From assembly GCA_029838215.1 (NCBI GenBank), contig JALGVI010000003.1, positions 53,350 through 85,349 on the forward strand: a stretch of 32,000 nucleotides of DNA, written 5' to 3'. The notes below the pieces were generated by a model. That model was not told the DNA's origin, did no database searches, and was given only the letters and a program-made list of their open reading frames with translations. The translations under genes and the position numbers were made by a program. Every line of letters starts with the position of its first letter. Position 1 is the stretch's first letter. This DNA comes from Candidatus Helarchaeota archaeon. GTDB taxonomy: Archaea; Asgardarchaeota; Lokiarchaeia; Helarchaeales; RDOG01. This document shows, piece by piece, positions 8,058-22,200 of the stretch.

Positions 8058-9173
8058 TTGACTGGAAAAAAACGAAAAATTCGAGAAATTTCAATTAAAC
8101 GCGATGATATTAGTGTAGGATATTCGAAAATATCTGAAAGTCCTGGTGTCGATGAGGTAGTCATAAAACCCATTGGCTTCCCTTTGATTGCTCTAGGGGA
8201 AGAAAGACAATTCATACGAACTGATAATCCAAAACTCTTTAATTCGTATGCTATTGCTCAGTGGAGTGGAACTTACGTCACGGAAGGCACGTATATTTTT
8301 GATCAATTTCTATTTCCTGATTTTGCATTTGAGATAATTTCTGTCAAGCCTGGACCGGGTAAAATTACATCTGGCACTTCTATTGTGCTTCAGTCAAAGG
8401 AAAAGCTCATTCGCAAGGAATTTCCTAATGTTAGCTTTGACGATATCATCGGTAATCATGAAGCAAAGAGAAAATGTCAAATTATAATGAAGTACTTACA
8501 AGATCCTGACCGATTTGGAGAATGGATTCCGAAAAATGTCCTATTTTATGGACACTCCGGAACAGGAAAAACCATGACTGCAAAGGCTCTTGCAAATGCA
8601 ACTAACGTTCCGATATTCCTGATGAGAGCAACGGATTTAATCGGTTTACATGTTGGAGATGGCGCACGAAAGGTACATAACTTATATAGTGAAGCTTCAG
8701 AATCCAGTCCTTGCATCATTTTTATTGACGAATTGGATGCGATAGGTTTAGATCGAAAATACCAATCCATTCGTGGTGACGTGGCTGAAGTCGTGAATGC
8801 CCTTTTATCAGAAATGGATGGAATTACTAACCAATCAGGAATAGTTACAATAGGTGCCACCAATACACCTGCTTTACTTGATGATAGCATTAAAAACCGA
8901 TTTGAATCTTTGATAGAATTCAAGATCTTTGATGACAATGAGCGATATGAGTTCCTTGAAAAGTATTCAAGGCGACTTCCCATGCCATTCAAAATGGACT
9001 TGCATCGCTTGACGAACATGACAAAGAATTTATCCGGACGAGAATTAAAAGAAAAAATTCTTAAGAATGCATTACATCTTGCCATCCTTGAAGATAAGGA
9101 TGAAATCAATGAGGAAATCATCCAGAAGGTCATTATTCACGTGAAAACCTCAAAAAATCCAATGTTCACGTGA
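8058..9173 (+). CDS. Standalone AAA+ ATPase related to Cdc48/proteasome-activating-type AAA domains
   Basis: Walker A GHSGTGKT, Walker B CIIFIDELDAIG, sensor-1 IVTIGATNTP, then LLDDSIKNRFE. One AAA domain with a ~125-aa N-terminal region. Likely TTG start. Confidence 0.9.
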   Translation: MTGKKRKIREISIKRDDISVGYSKISESPGVDEVVIKPIGFPLIALGEERQFIRTDNPKLFNSYAIAQWSGTYVTEGTYIFDQFLFPDFAFEIISVKPGPGKITSGTSIVLQSKEKLIRKEFPNVSFDDIIGNHEAKRKCQIIMKYLQDPDRFGEWIPKNVLFYGHSGTGKTMTAKALANATNVPIFLMRATDLIGLHVGDGARKVHNLYSEASESSPCIIFIDELDAIGLDRKYQSIRGDVAEVVNALLSEMDGITNQSGIVTIGATNTPALLDDSIKNRFESLIEFKIFDDNERYEFLEKYSRRLPMPFKMDLHRLTNMTKNLSGRELKEKILKNALHLAILEDKDEINEEIIQKVIIHVKTSKNPMFT

Positions 9174-9217
9174 ATTTTTAGCACGGTTCTTTTTTTAATT
9201 CAAGGAAGAATTTATAC

Positions 9218-9760
9218 ATGAAACCTGAAATGAAAATATTCACGTTAGTTGGTATGCCCGGTGCAGGTAAGTCTGAAGCCACGAAATTAATCGAAGATCT
9301 CGGCATTCCCGTCATCATTATGGGTGATGTAATTCGTGAAGAGATGCGCCGTAACGGCATCGAACTCACGCGTGAAAATATGGGAAAATTCACACGAGAA
9401 ATTCGTGAGCACTTAGGATGGGACATTGTTGCTAAAAAATGCGTGGAAAAGATCAAAAATATCGAAGCAGATATTCTTATCATTGATGGAGTACGAAATC
9501 CTGAAGAAATCGAATATTTCAAAAACAATTTAGAAAAATTTAAGGTAATATATGTCAAAGCCTCTCCCGAAACACGATTCCAACGCTTGCGTGCACGTGG
9601 TCGTGTTGATGATCCATTCACATTTGATGATTTCAAGAAAAGAGATGAACGTGAATTATCATTCGGCATAAAGAAGATCATGGATCAAGCCGATTATACA
9701 ATCGACAATGAGCATGATAGAGAACATTTAAAAGCTCAGATTCTGAAAATTATCTCATGA
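9218..9760 (+). CDS. UPF0200-type P-loop kinase-like protein (dephospho-CoA/adenylate kinase-like fold)
   Basis: P-loop VGMPGAGKSEATKLI, MGDVIREEMRRNGIELTREN, LIIDGVRNPEEIEYF, RLRARGRVDDPFTFDDFKKRDERE. Confidence 0.88.
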   Translation: MKPEMKIFTLVGMPGAGKSEATKLIEDLGIPVIIMGDVIREEMRRNGIELTRENMGKFTREIREHLGWDIVAKKCVEKIKNIEADILIIDGVRNPEEIEYFKNNLEKFKVIYVKASPETRFQRLRARGRVDDPFTFDDFKKRDERELSFGIKKIMDQADYTIDNEHDREHLKAQILKIIS

Positions 9761-10818
9761 ACCTATTTTTTATAATCCTAGATGGTTGCTCCCATAAAGC
9801 ATTACAGCTGGCTTCCACGCCATTTCTTGATAATATCTCAAGCTTTACAGTAATGGCTAATGCCGTGCTACCAACGGCTACTTATACGGGTCACTCTTCG
9901 ATAATGACGGGAACCCCACCAAACACTCACGGCATCATTGGAAATGTTTTTTTAGATCGAACTGAAAACCGAATCAAAGATTTCGATGATCATGACGTGA
10001 ACGAATACTTGCTTTGTCCAACGGCTTTCGAGCATTTGGGTGCTTTGCCGGGTGCCGCAATTTGCGAGCCAGTAACTCGTGGAGCAAAATACATCAAGGC
10101 AATGAATGAGATTAATCAACAGCCCGGAGAAATGAGGGATGAAATCGTATTTAAAGACTTACTGCATGCCTTAAAAAAACCTGCCTTAAAACTCTTTGTC
10201 GCCAACTTTTCTGGAATTGACTACATGGGGGAAAATTACGGTGAACGGAGTTCACGATATCTTGAAGAGATATCAATAGTCGATGATTATCTTAAAGAGA
10301 TATATAAAAGAAGTAATGAAAATAGCCTTTTTCTAATCACGGCAGATCACGGCATGACAAGTGCCCGAGAAAATTTGGACTTACAGTCTCTATTTTTAAA
10401 CGAAGGAATTAAAGACGTGATTTGCTTGGCCACACATCGAGCCTCTCATGTTTATGCAAGAGAAAGAGATCTTGAACGAATGACACGGATTCTTGCAAAG
10501 AACGAAAAAATTGATGTAATCTTGAGCAAGGAAGAAATTTCGGCACGCAATCTAAACCATGAACGATGTGGTGATATCGTGGTTTTTGCCAAGAAAGGAT
10601 ATGAATTAAGTAATCATGAAATGGTAGGAAGCCATGGTGGGTTGGACAATCTCGAAAGAGAAGTACCAATTCTCGTGTTTGATAAAAATATTAACGAGAA
10701 AATACGTTTTGATGAGATGCGGTCAAATTATTCAATAATGGACCTCTTGCCCACCGCCCTAAAAATATTAAAACATGAGGTACCATCGTTTTTGTGTGGA
10801 AAAAGTTTGATTCTCTGA
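9757..10818 (+). CDS. Alkaline phosphatase superfamily / type I phosphodiesterase-nucleotide pyrophosphatase
   Basis: FFIILDGCSHKAL, LPTATYTGHSSIMTGTPPNTHGIIGN, FLITADHGM, VGSHGG. Overlaps the upstream gene by 4 nt (ATGA). Confidence 0.87.
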   Translation: MNLFFIILDGCSHKALQLASTPFLDNISSFTVMANAVLPTATYTGHSSIMTGTPPNTHGIIGNVFLDRTENRIKDFDDHDVNEYLLCPTAFEHLGALPGAAICEPVTRGAKYIKAMNEINQQPGEMRDEIVFKDLLHALKKPALKLFVANFSGIDYMGENYGERSSRYLEEISIVDDYLKEIYKRSNENSLFLITADHGMTSARENLDLQSLFLNEGIKDVICLATHRASHVYARERDLERMTRILAKNEKIDVILSKEEISARNLNHERCGDIVVFAKKGYELSNHEMVGSHGGLDNLEREVPILVFDKNINEKIRFDEMRSNYSIMDLLPTALKILKHEVPSFLCGKSLIL

Positions 10819-10847
10819 AGAATCCTAAAAATTAAGTAATGAAATAA

Positions 10848-11297
10848 TTAACGGATGGGTTTCTCTTTCTTTCCTTCAACCAATGCCTTTAAAGAAACGC
10901 CATTTATCTTCGTGACCTTCCAACGCACGCCGGGTAAATCTCCAATAGCCCGTCCTTTTGCACCGCCAATTCCTTCAACGATCACTTCATCGTGTTCATC
11001 AATGAAAGTAAGTGCACCATCGCCCGGGAGGAAAGCCGTGATCTGTTTTCCGTTCTTAATGAGTTGAATCCGCACGCATTTTCGAATGCCTGAGTTGGGT
11101 TGTTTTGTCTCAATACCTACTTTTTCGAGCACGATCCCTTTTGCTTGCGGAGCACCTTCTAAAGGATCTGTTTTAACATCTAAACCCAAAACTCGTCGTT
11201 TATATCGAATGTCTTTCCAACGAAAATGTTTCCTTTTTTCTTTAAGGCTTCTTCCGGCCATTAATCCGTTTGGTGATTTTTTTACTATTTTAATCAA
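10848..11297 (-). CDS. rps12: 30S ribosomal protein S12 (uS12, archaeal/eukaryotic S23 type)
   Basis: [67 protein letters not shown]. Confidence 0.98.
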   Translation of the reverse strand: MIKIVKKSPNGLMAGRSLKEKRKHFRWKDIRYKRRVLGLDVKTDPLEGAPQAKGIVLEKVGIETKQPNSGIRKCVRIQLIKNGKQITAFLPGDGALTFIDEHDEVIVEGIGGAKGRAIGDLPGVRWKVTKINGVSLKALVEGKKEKPIR

Positions 11298-11464
11298 CTC
11301 TTTATCTTGAGTGTTCTAAATTCCTTCAACTCAATATGGATGTTTGGAAACGTAAAACACGGCGAATATTTAAAATTTGTGTGATTTCCAAAGGAAAGAT
11401 TAAATTAAAATTTTTTTCTATTCTAAATTGTATTCGTAAGATCCACATCTGGGTGCTTGGTACC

Positions 11465-12634
11465 ATGACTTTGGAAAAATATAGGGATGATATTTATACT
11501 TGTAATAGATCTCGGTGCGGATTCTGCAGGGAACTCTGTCCTGTCTATTCTCAGCTAAAATATGAAGCGTATAGTTCTCGGGGAAAAATGCAGATTGCCC
11601 GGGGGTTGTTAGAAGGCATCATAGAGCCTGATGATGCGCTCATGGAATGCTTGAGTTTATGCACTTTATGTGGGTATTGCAAGGCACGTTGTGCCCTTCA
11701 AAACGTTGAAATCTTTAAAGAGCTCAGGGAAAGTCTCGTGAAGAAGGGATTCGAGAATAAATATCACAAAAAAGCAATAAAAAGCATACAGGAAAATAAA
11801 TCTCCATTCGGTCCTCAGAAGGAAGGACAAAAATCAAGTTGGGCACAAGGATTGGAATTTGACCAGAACTCCAACGTGTTGTTTTTTGTTGGTTGTAGCT
11901 ATCCACGTTCTTTCCCCCAAGTTCTTAAAAATATTCATGAGTTTTTAGCTAAAGTTGACATCAAGTTGGCTTATTTAGGTGATGAAGAAGATTGTTGTGG
12001 ACTCATGATGGATCTTACAGGATATCGAGACGAATTTGAGCTTTATAAGAAAAATTATAAGGAACGGCTCTTACAATTGGGAATCGATACCATAATGACT
12101 CCGTGTCCTGGCTGTTATAAGATACTAAAAAGTTCGTATTTTAATCCTGAAGATGATTCTACTAAAATTAAGGTCGTTCATTTTATTGAATTCGTGGCAA
12201 ACCTAATAGCGAAAAAAAAGATTTCATTCAAGAAAAAGATTGACATGACGATTACCTGGCACGATCCGTGTGATCTGGGACGCCACATGGGCATATTCGA
12301 AGAACCTCGAACCATATTAAAGTCCATCCCTGGTATAAAACTCGTGGAAATGAAAAATAATCGGTATCAAGCGCGATGTTGCGGCTCTGGAGGCGGAATG
12401 CTCACATCCAATGCTGATATATCCATTGATGTTGCAATTCAACGTCTTGAAGAAGCCGAAGAAACTGGTGCTGAAGCTCTAGTTACAATGTGTCCTACCT
12501 GTGAATCGATTTTTGAAAAAGCAATTCGATATACCGATTCTGCGATGAAACTCTACGATCTTTCCGAATTGCTTTTAAATACTTGTAATGGAGATACAAG
12601 GAAGAACACGGGATCTGCCAAAGATTTTTTTTAA
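11465..12634 (+). CDS. (Fe-S)-binding protein with two 4Fe-4S motifs and two CCG domains (HdrD/GlcF-like)
   Basis: CNRSRCGFCRELCP and CLSLCTLCGYCKARC ferredoxin-type motifs, plus cysteine-rich segments EEDCCGLMMD, CPGCYKIL, DPCDLGRHMG and ARCCGSGGGM. The ORF is open from 11336, but the 43 residues before the ATG at 11465 do not look like part of the domain. Confidence 0.9.
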   Translation: MTLEKYRDDIYTCNRSRCGFCRELCPVYSQLKYEAYSSRGKMQIARGLLEGIIEPDDALMECLSLCTLCGYCKARCALQNVEIFKELRESLVKKGFENKYHKKAIKSIQENKSPFGPQKEGQKSSWAQGLEFDQNSNVLFFVGCSYPRSFPQVLKNIHEFLAKVDIKLAYLGDEEDCCGLMMDLTGYRDEFELYKKNYKERLLQLGIDTIMTPCPGCYKILKSSYFNPEDDSTKIKVVHFIEFVANLIAKKKISFKKKIDMTITWHDPCDLGRHMGIFEEPRTILKSIPGIKLVEMKNNRYQARCCGSGGGMLTSNADISIDVAIQRLEEAEETGAEALVTMCPTCESIFEKAIRYTDSAMKLYDLSELLLNTCNGDTRKNTGSAKDFF

Positions 12635-12657
12635 ACTCAGCCTAATTTTATAGATGA

Positions 12658-13758
12658 TTGAAAGTGAAAATCATAAAAAATAGCGGTATTCATCTAATCG
12701 CAGATGACGTGCATGTTGTCATTGATCCGACCTCCGTGAGAGCTGCAAATGAAGCCGATTTGATTCTCATTTCTCATGCACACTCTGATCACCATCCCAG
12801 CTCATTAAAAAACGTGACACCATTGAAATTGATGAGTGAACCCACGTATCTACTATTATCGAATAAGAAAAAAGGACCAATCTCGCATTTTCATCTTTTA
12901 AAACCGTTCCAAACGCCACGAGATGAATTTGTTTTTGAAAAAAATGGTGACGCCATTAGGATTCAAGCACATCCTGCAGGACATGTGGTTGGAAGCATGC
13001 AATTCTTAATTTCTTTTAACGGCGAAAAAGTGATTTACACGGGGGATTTTTGTCTTGATGATAGATGCGGCATGGAAAAATCAATGATATTGCAAGCCGA
13101 AAATGGAACCTTAATAATAGATAGCACGTATTTTGACAAGGTCGATTCTTTTCCATCTCGCAAGAGAACGTACGTCCGCCTATTGCGGTGGCTTCACCAG
13201 AATTTTAAAAAACCCGGTAAAAAAAGTGCTGTTATCATCGCCCAGCGGTTGGGAACTTGCCAAGAAATTGCTGCTTTGATAAATAATTATTCCACAATTG
13301 AAAATTACAAAATTCATGTCCATGCACAAGTATTTGAGAGCAATCTAGTGCATGCTAAGTTCTCGAGTCTCCAATATTTTTATAAAAAACGTGTTTTCGA
13401 AGAAGAATCTCGGAATACGTGTCGAAATCAGTCCTCTTTAACGTCTTTTTTTGAAACTGAAATGAATAATGGCTCGGGCGTTTCAGATGGTAATGGGAAC
13501 AAGCGATTCATCGGGCAAGTAGGGGCAAAACTGATTTTTCTATTGCCTTTCAATTATGTCCGAAAAATTCAAGAATTGGTTGAGTTTTATGGTGCTGATT
13601 CCATTGCAGTCTGCACGGGTTGGGCCGAAACAAAAATGTTTAAACCCTTGGAAACCGAATTTGGAATTCAGCTATTTCCTTTAACTTCTCATGCTGCTCG
13701 AGTCGATATTCAAAGGTACGAGAAGGAATCGAAAGCAAAAAAAGTCATTTACGTTTAA
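12658..13758 (+). CDS. Metallo-beta-lactamase fold hydrolase, beta-CASP/COG1236-like (mRNA 3'-end exonuclease-like)
   Basis: Metal motif HAHSDHHPS, AHPAGHVVGSMQF, YTGDFCLDDR, CTGWAETKMF, PLTSHA. Start is TTG 12658 or GTG 12664. Confidence 0.85.
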   Translation: MKVKIIKNSGIHLIADDVHVVIDPTSVRAANEADLILISHAHSDHHPSSLKNVTPLKLMSEPTYLLLSNKKKGPISHFHLLKPFQTPRDEFVFEKNGDAIRIQAHPAGHVVGSMQFLISFNGEKVIYTGDFCLDDRCGMEKSMILQAENGTLIIDSTYFDKVDSFPSRKRTYVRLLRWLHQNFKKPGKKSAVIIAQRLGTCQEIAALINNYSTIENYKIHVHAQVFESNLVHAKFSSLQYFYKKRVFEEESRNTCRNQSSLTSFFETEMNNGSGVSDGNGNKRFIGQVGAKLIFLLPFNYVRKIQELVEFYGADSIAVCTGWAETKMFKPLETEFGIQLFPLTSHAARVDIQRYEKESKAKKVIYV

Positions 13759-13763
13759 TTTTT

Positions 13764-14780
13764 TTGAAGTGGTTTGATATGCCTGAAGAACACAGGATTT
13801 TGATTTCAGGATCGGCGGCTTTTGACGTGATTGCATTTACAGGTGAACCTATTTCTGACATTTTTAGTAATGCTCTCACGAATAAGGAAGATTCTGAAGC
13901 ACGAATAAGCATATCTTTTTTGGTAAATAAGAGCGTGTCTTTTGGAGGTACTGCGTTAAATATTGCATACAATGTGAAACTGCTTGGAGGCAATCCTCTT
14001 CCCATTTCGTGCGTGGGTAAGGATTTTTTCAGCAGAAAGTATGAAGAGCATTTGAAACAATTGAACATGGATACGTCCGGTCTGGACATCAATGAAAATG
14101 AGGATACTGCCGAAGCTTATATCGTTACTGGAAGTAAGGGCGGTCAAATGTCCATCTTCCATACCGGTGCCTTGCAATATTGTTGCGAAATCGACATCGA
14201 GAAAAAAATCGCCGGAAAAAATATCTTCATGGGGATCGTTTCTCCAAATCCTCCCGAAACGATGTTAGCCCACGCGATGAAACTTGCCGAATTGAAAATT
14301 CCATACGTGGCAGATCCCGGTCAGATGATAAATGTATTCTCTCAAGATGATCTCATCAAATTCGTGTCGAGTGCTACCATCTTGATCGTGAATGATTTCG
14401 AAGCAACACTTGTTGAAAACCGAACTGGGAAGAAATTGAACGAAATGGTTTCGATTCGGCTCATTACTCAAGGGGAAAAAGGCGTATTGATTCAATTCAA
14501 GGATGAGGAACTGCACGTGCCAGCCATAAAAATAAAAAAACTGGTAGATCCAACTGGGGCTGGTGATGCTTTTCGGGGAGGCTTCTTGTTGGCACTATCA
14601 AAGCTATGCAAATCCGTTGGAGACATAACACTTGAAAAACTTCGACTTGCATCACAAGTAGGTGCCGTGACAGGAGGTGCTGCCGTGGAATGTAGTGGAA
14701 CTCAAAATCACATTTTCACAAAAAATGAGTTCCGTGCCCGTTATGAAGAAAATTATTCAAAACTCGAAATCCCCTTATAA
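13764..14780 (+). CDS. PfkB/ribokinase family sugar kinase
   Basis: FGGTALNIAYNVKLLGGNPLPISCVGKDF, the anion-hole motif DPTGAGDAFRGGFLLAL, ILIVNDFEA. Confidence 0.93.
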   Translation: MKWFDMPEEHRILISGSAAFDVIAFTGEPISDIFSNALTNKEDSEARISISFLVNKSVSFGGTALNIAYNVKLLGGNPLPISCVGKDFFSRKYEEHLKQLNMDTSGLDINENEDTAEAYIVTGSKGGQMSIFHTGALQYCCEIDIEKKIAGKNIFMGIVSPNPPETMLAHAMKLAELKIPYVADPGQMINVFSQDDLIKFVSSATILIVNDFEATLVENRTGKKLNEMVSIRLITQGEKGVLIQFKDEELHVPAIKIKKLVDPTGAGDAFRGGFLLALSKLCKSVGDITLEKLRLASQVGAVTGGAAVECSGTQNHIFTKNEFRARYEENYSKLEIPL

Positions 14781-14839
14781 TTCTCTTGAATTTAATCGGG
14801 CTCGAGTCTTCTTTTCTTCTTTCCAAAAAATATTGAGTC

Positions 14840-15265
14840 TTAAGATATTACTACATCATCAATGTCATAATGGCGTTTTGCTAACATTCGAGACTTTGCC
14901 ACGTTTTTTCCTGCCTTCCCAATGGCGATGCCTTTATCTCTTCCATCAACGGTCACTAAGGCAACTTTCCTTCCGTCTCGTTTTTCATTTATAATGATAT
15001 TCTTTATTTTTGCGGGACTTAAAGTGTTCGATATAAATTTTTCTGCAGAGTCGGCGTATTCTACTACATCAATCTGCTTGTGTAAGAAGTCTCTGACGCG
15101 TTTAATATTTACGCCGCGCTTCCCAATAGCAAGTCCAATATTGCCTGATTTAACAATGAAGATGATGCGATCGTCATCTACAATGCAATCTCTGGCAACG
15201 GCTCCCGTGATACTTTCAAAAAGAGAAATAAAGCGAATTTCTTCGTCTCCGAGTTTTATTGGCAT
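14840..15265 (-). CDS. nusA: NusA-like KH-domain transcription termination/elongation factor
   Basis: Two KH cores, SGNIGLAIGKRGVNIKRVRDFL and GRDKGIAIGKAGKNVAKSRMLAKRHYDIDDVVI. Located downstream of rpoA'' and rpl30e as in many archaea. Confidence 0.93.
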   Translation of the reverse strand: MPIKLGDEEIRFISLFESITGAVARDCIVDDDRIIFIVKSGNIGLAIGKRGVNIKRVRDFLHKQIDVVEYADSAEKFISNTLSPAKIKNIIINEKRDGRKVALVTVDGRDKGIAIGKAGKNVAKSRMLAKRHYDIDDVVIS

Positions 15266-15356
15266 TTCTATAAGTACTTCCTCAATTATATAATCTCTAA
15301 ACTTATTTTATAAGGTTCGCGTGCTTTTAAACCTGTTTTTTCCTTGAAATTTATTT

Positions 15357-15656
15357 TTAACTTAGTCGTAATATATCTTGAGAATCACCCGGGTCAATCA
15401 CGGCTAAAGTAGAAACAAGATGATACCTGCCACAGATTTCGCCCAAATCACGACTTGACCCTTTATACGTATGTAATTTTATTTCTGCGATTTTGCAATA
15501 ATGTTGCAGTTCTTTGGAAAGACCTTCCGGGCAGTTTGCTGCCTTTATGATCAATTTTGCTTTTTTCTGCCTGATTGCTTGCATTGAATTCTTATTTCCC
15601 AAGAAAATCTTGCCTGTTTTCAATGCAATTTTTATGGCTTTGTCCTCGTCAATCAT
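15357..15656 (-). CDS. rpl30e: 50S ribosomal protein L30e
   Basis: KIALKTGKIFLGNKNSMQAIRQKKAKLIIKAANCP, HTYKGSSRDLGEICGRYHLVSTLAVIDPGDS. Confidence 0.95.
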   Translation of the reverse strand: MIDEDKAIKIALKTGKIFLGNKNSMQAIRQKKAKLIIKAANCPEGLSKELQHYCKIAEIKLHTYKGSSRDLGEICGRYHLVSTLAVIDPGDSQDILRLS

Positions 15657-15799
15657 GAAGACTCGTATCCTTTAATATTTTGGGTTACACATACAACTTA
15701 GTTCTTTTAAAGATTTGTTTTAATCAATTTTTTTATTCATTTTCTTTATGATTTTGAGTAATAAAGGATTGAACTTTATCATTATTTAAATAATTGTCA

Positions 15800-19901
<4,102 letters not shown>

Positions 19902-20150
19902 TTTTTCTTCTCAACCGTTTAAAAATTCATTAATCAAATTAGAATTGCAGAGAACCCCTATCACGATTGGATTCTGGTGTTATGTGGAAAGGATTTTTCA
20001 GTGATGGGATGCGCGATCAACTCTTTAATTGATTAAAACTTTGAAAAATTCACTAAGAAGGGAATTAAGACTCACTAAAAATTATGGTTGCTCTTTAAAT
20101 TTCCATTGCGAAAATCTTTATAAATTTTTCGATAAGTTTCGGATGTTTTA

Positions 20151-21809
20151 TCAAATTGTCGGTTTTGGTTGCCTATCTGGTGGAAGTCCCGGCATTGGTG
20201 CTCCAGCATGCGCTTCTGGAGACATTAATTTTGCGGCAACAACATCATCAATTCGAAGAATCATTGAAGCCGCTTCAACCGCAGATCTAAGCTCTTGAAT
20301 TTTTACCCAAAGTGGTTCAATAACCCCTATCTCGAACATGTTTGCAATTTTCCCGTCATATAGATTAAGGGCAAGCCATTTACTTTCTGGATTTTCATGA
20401 GCTGCTCGCAATAATACCAAATTATCGATGGGATCGAATCCTGAATTAGTTATTAACGTTCGAGTAATGGCTTCGAGTGCATCACAATAAATTTCGATGG
20501 CTAGTTGCTCTTTCCCTCCGACCGTTTGAGCAAAACGGCGTATGTTCTTTGCCAATTCAACTTCTACGGAGCCACCACCTCCTAAAACTTTATTCTTTTG
20601 TAAAACATCAGCAATTACTGAGAAACCATCGTGTAGAGCTCTTTCTGCTTCATCAAGTAGATTATCCACTCCACCACGAAGAAGAACTGCCACGGACTTT
20701 GGATTTTTGCAACCCTCGATAAAAATAAACTTTTTGTTACTAACTAATCTTTCTTCTACTAACTCAGCCTCGCCCAAGTCATCTTCAACCAAATCATTTA
20801 TATCCGTTATAATCTTGCCTTGGGTGGCCATCTTGAGTTTTATCATTTCTTTCTTCTTAATCCTGCTGATTGCCATGATACCCTCTTGGAGCATGAATTC
20901 TTGGGCTATGTCATTAATTCCTTTTTGGCAAAAAACGATAGTTGCTCCTGTTTTTTTAATCTTGTCAACCATTCGTGCAAGGATTTCCTCTTCTTCATCA
21001 TGCAATGCTTTGATTTGTTTTATGTCCGTTATTCTTATTTGGGCATCAATTTTTGTTTTTTCAATTTCCAGCGGACAATCAATTAATGCAATTTTTGCAT
21101 TCACGATTTTTCTTGGCATTTCTGGATGAGCGATATTTTCTGCAATTATTGCTCCCTTTATGAGTTTAGTATCTGTCAGACTTCCTCCCTGACGTTTTTG
21201 GATCTGGATCCTTTCAACGTTCACTTGGATTTCAGTCCCGCGTGTTTCCTTAATGGACATAACGGCTTCCACGCAGATTTTTGCGAACCTATCCTTGACC
21301 GTTGAAACCGCTTTACTATTCAAGGAAGTCAAAGCTATTTTATGTAATATGTCCGTGTCTTTTTCAGGATCGATAGAAATGGAAATATCTTCAAGAATTT
21401 CTTCTGATTTTGAAAGAGCTTTTTTAAATCCTTTAACAATATGTGTTGGATGAACTTTCAAGTCAAGAAGGATTTCTGAACGCTTAAGCAGTTCTCCCGT
21501 CATGATCACGGCAGATGTAGTGCCATCCCCTACTTCATCATCCAAGGCTCTTGCTACTTCTACAATCATCTTCCCTGCTGGATGTTCTATTTCGAGTTCC
21601 TCAAGGATCGTGGCTCCATCATTTGTGATGACGATGCCTCCAAGTCGATCTACGAGCATTTTATCCATGCCGCGCGGTCCAAGCGTGCTTTTAACCGCTT
21701 CACTAATGACTCTGGCTGCTTTTATGTTTATTTTTTGGGCGTCTTGTCCTTCTACTCTTTTGCTACCTTCTTTTAATATCACTACAGGCTTGCCTGTTAA
21801 TTGTGTCAT
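20151..21809 (-). CDS. Thermosome (group II chaperonin) subunit
   Basis: [75 protein letters not shown]. Confidence 0.98.
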   Translation of the reverse strand: MTQLTGKPVVILKEGSKRVEGQDAQKINIKAARVISEAVKSTLGPRGMDKMLVDRLGGIVITNDGATILEELEIEHPAGKMIVEVARALDDEVGDGTTSAVIMTGELLKRSEILLDLKVHPTHIVKGFKKALSKSEEILEDISISIDPEKDTDILHKIALTSLNSKAVSTVKDRFAKICVEAVMSIKETRGTEIQVNVERIQIQKRQGGSLTDTKLIKGAIIAENIAHPEMPRKIVNAKIALIDCPLEIEKTKIDAQIRITDIKQIKALHDEEEEILARMVDKIKKTGATIVFCQKGINDIAQEFMLQEGIMAISRIKKKEMIKLKMATQGKIITDINDLVEDDLGEAELVEERLVSNKKFIFIEGCKNPKSVAVLLRGGVDNLLDEAERALHDGFSVIADVLQKNKVLGGGGSVEVELAKNIRRFAQTVGGKEQLAIEIYCDALEAITRTLITNSGFDPIDNLVLLRAAHENPESKWLALNLYDGKIANMFEIGVIEPLWVKIQELRSAVEAASMILRIDDVVAAKLMSPEAHAGAPMPGLPPDRQPKPTI

Positions 21810-21819
21810 GCTTTTTTAC

Positions 21820-22185
21820 CTAAAAAATTGCAATGTCTACTTCATCATTTAGTTTAAATTCATTAAGATTTGTTGGCAAGATTATCTTTAGTGGAATACC
21901 ACCGATTAGAATGATTAACGTGCTCTGATCTTCTTGTTTTTCAACTGATTCTACTGTTCCATGACCAAAAAACTTTGCATTCTCATCGCTCAGTTTTTCA
22001 CTTTTTCTCGCAATTTTGAAATGAACGTCTTTAGTCGTATCAAAGGCAATTAATCGTTCCGGAGTATTTAATTTAATTTCAATTTTTTTCTCTTTTAATG
22101 AAAAATATAAAATTTTCATCTCTGCGGCTTTCGGTGTTTCGATTTTATCGACTTTTACTTTAATATCTAACAAAATTTCCACCAA
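21820..22185 (-). CDS. Probable RNA polymerase subunit Rpb8/RpoG homologue
   Basis: ~120 aa. Whole-length pattern resembles eukaryotic RPB8 and crenarchaeal RpoG: N-terminal [14 protein letters not shown]..., central [13 protein letters not shown]-terminal [33 protein letters not shown] comparable to RPB8 YVSYGGLLMRL...FEVDSRVYLLM. Comparison made from memory, not by alignment. Start is TTG 22185 or GTG 22182. Confidence 0.65.
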   Translation of the reverse strand: MVEILLDIKVKVDKIETPKAAEMKILYFSLKEKKIEIKLNTPERLIAFDTTKDVHFKIARKSEKLSDENAKFFGHGTVESVEKQEDQSTLIILIGGIPLKIILPTNLNEFKLNDEVDIAIF

Positions 22186-22200
22186 AAATTGGTTAAAATA

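Noticed and set aside
5450-9173. A ubiquitin-proteasome-like operon made of the JAMM protein and the AAA+ ATPase
   Set aside because: The genes are separated by the opposite-strand thpR gene and a long gap, and no ubiquitin, E1, E2 or proteasome subunit is visible. Proximity alone does not support it.
10848-14780. The + strand trio (Fe-S/CCG protein, MBL protein, PfkB kinase) as a mobile insertion
   Set aside because: I saw no transposase, integrase, terminal repeats or target duplication, and the proteins are ordinary chromosomal families. A rearrangement is the simpler reading.
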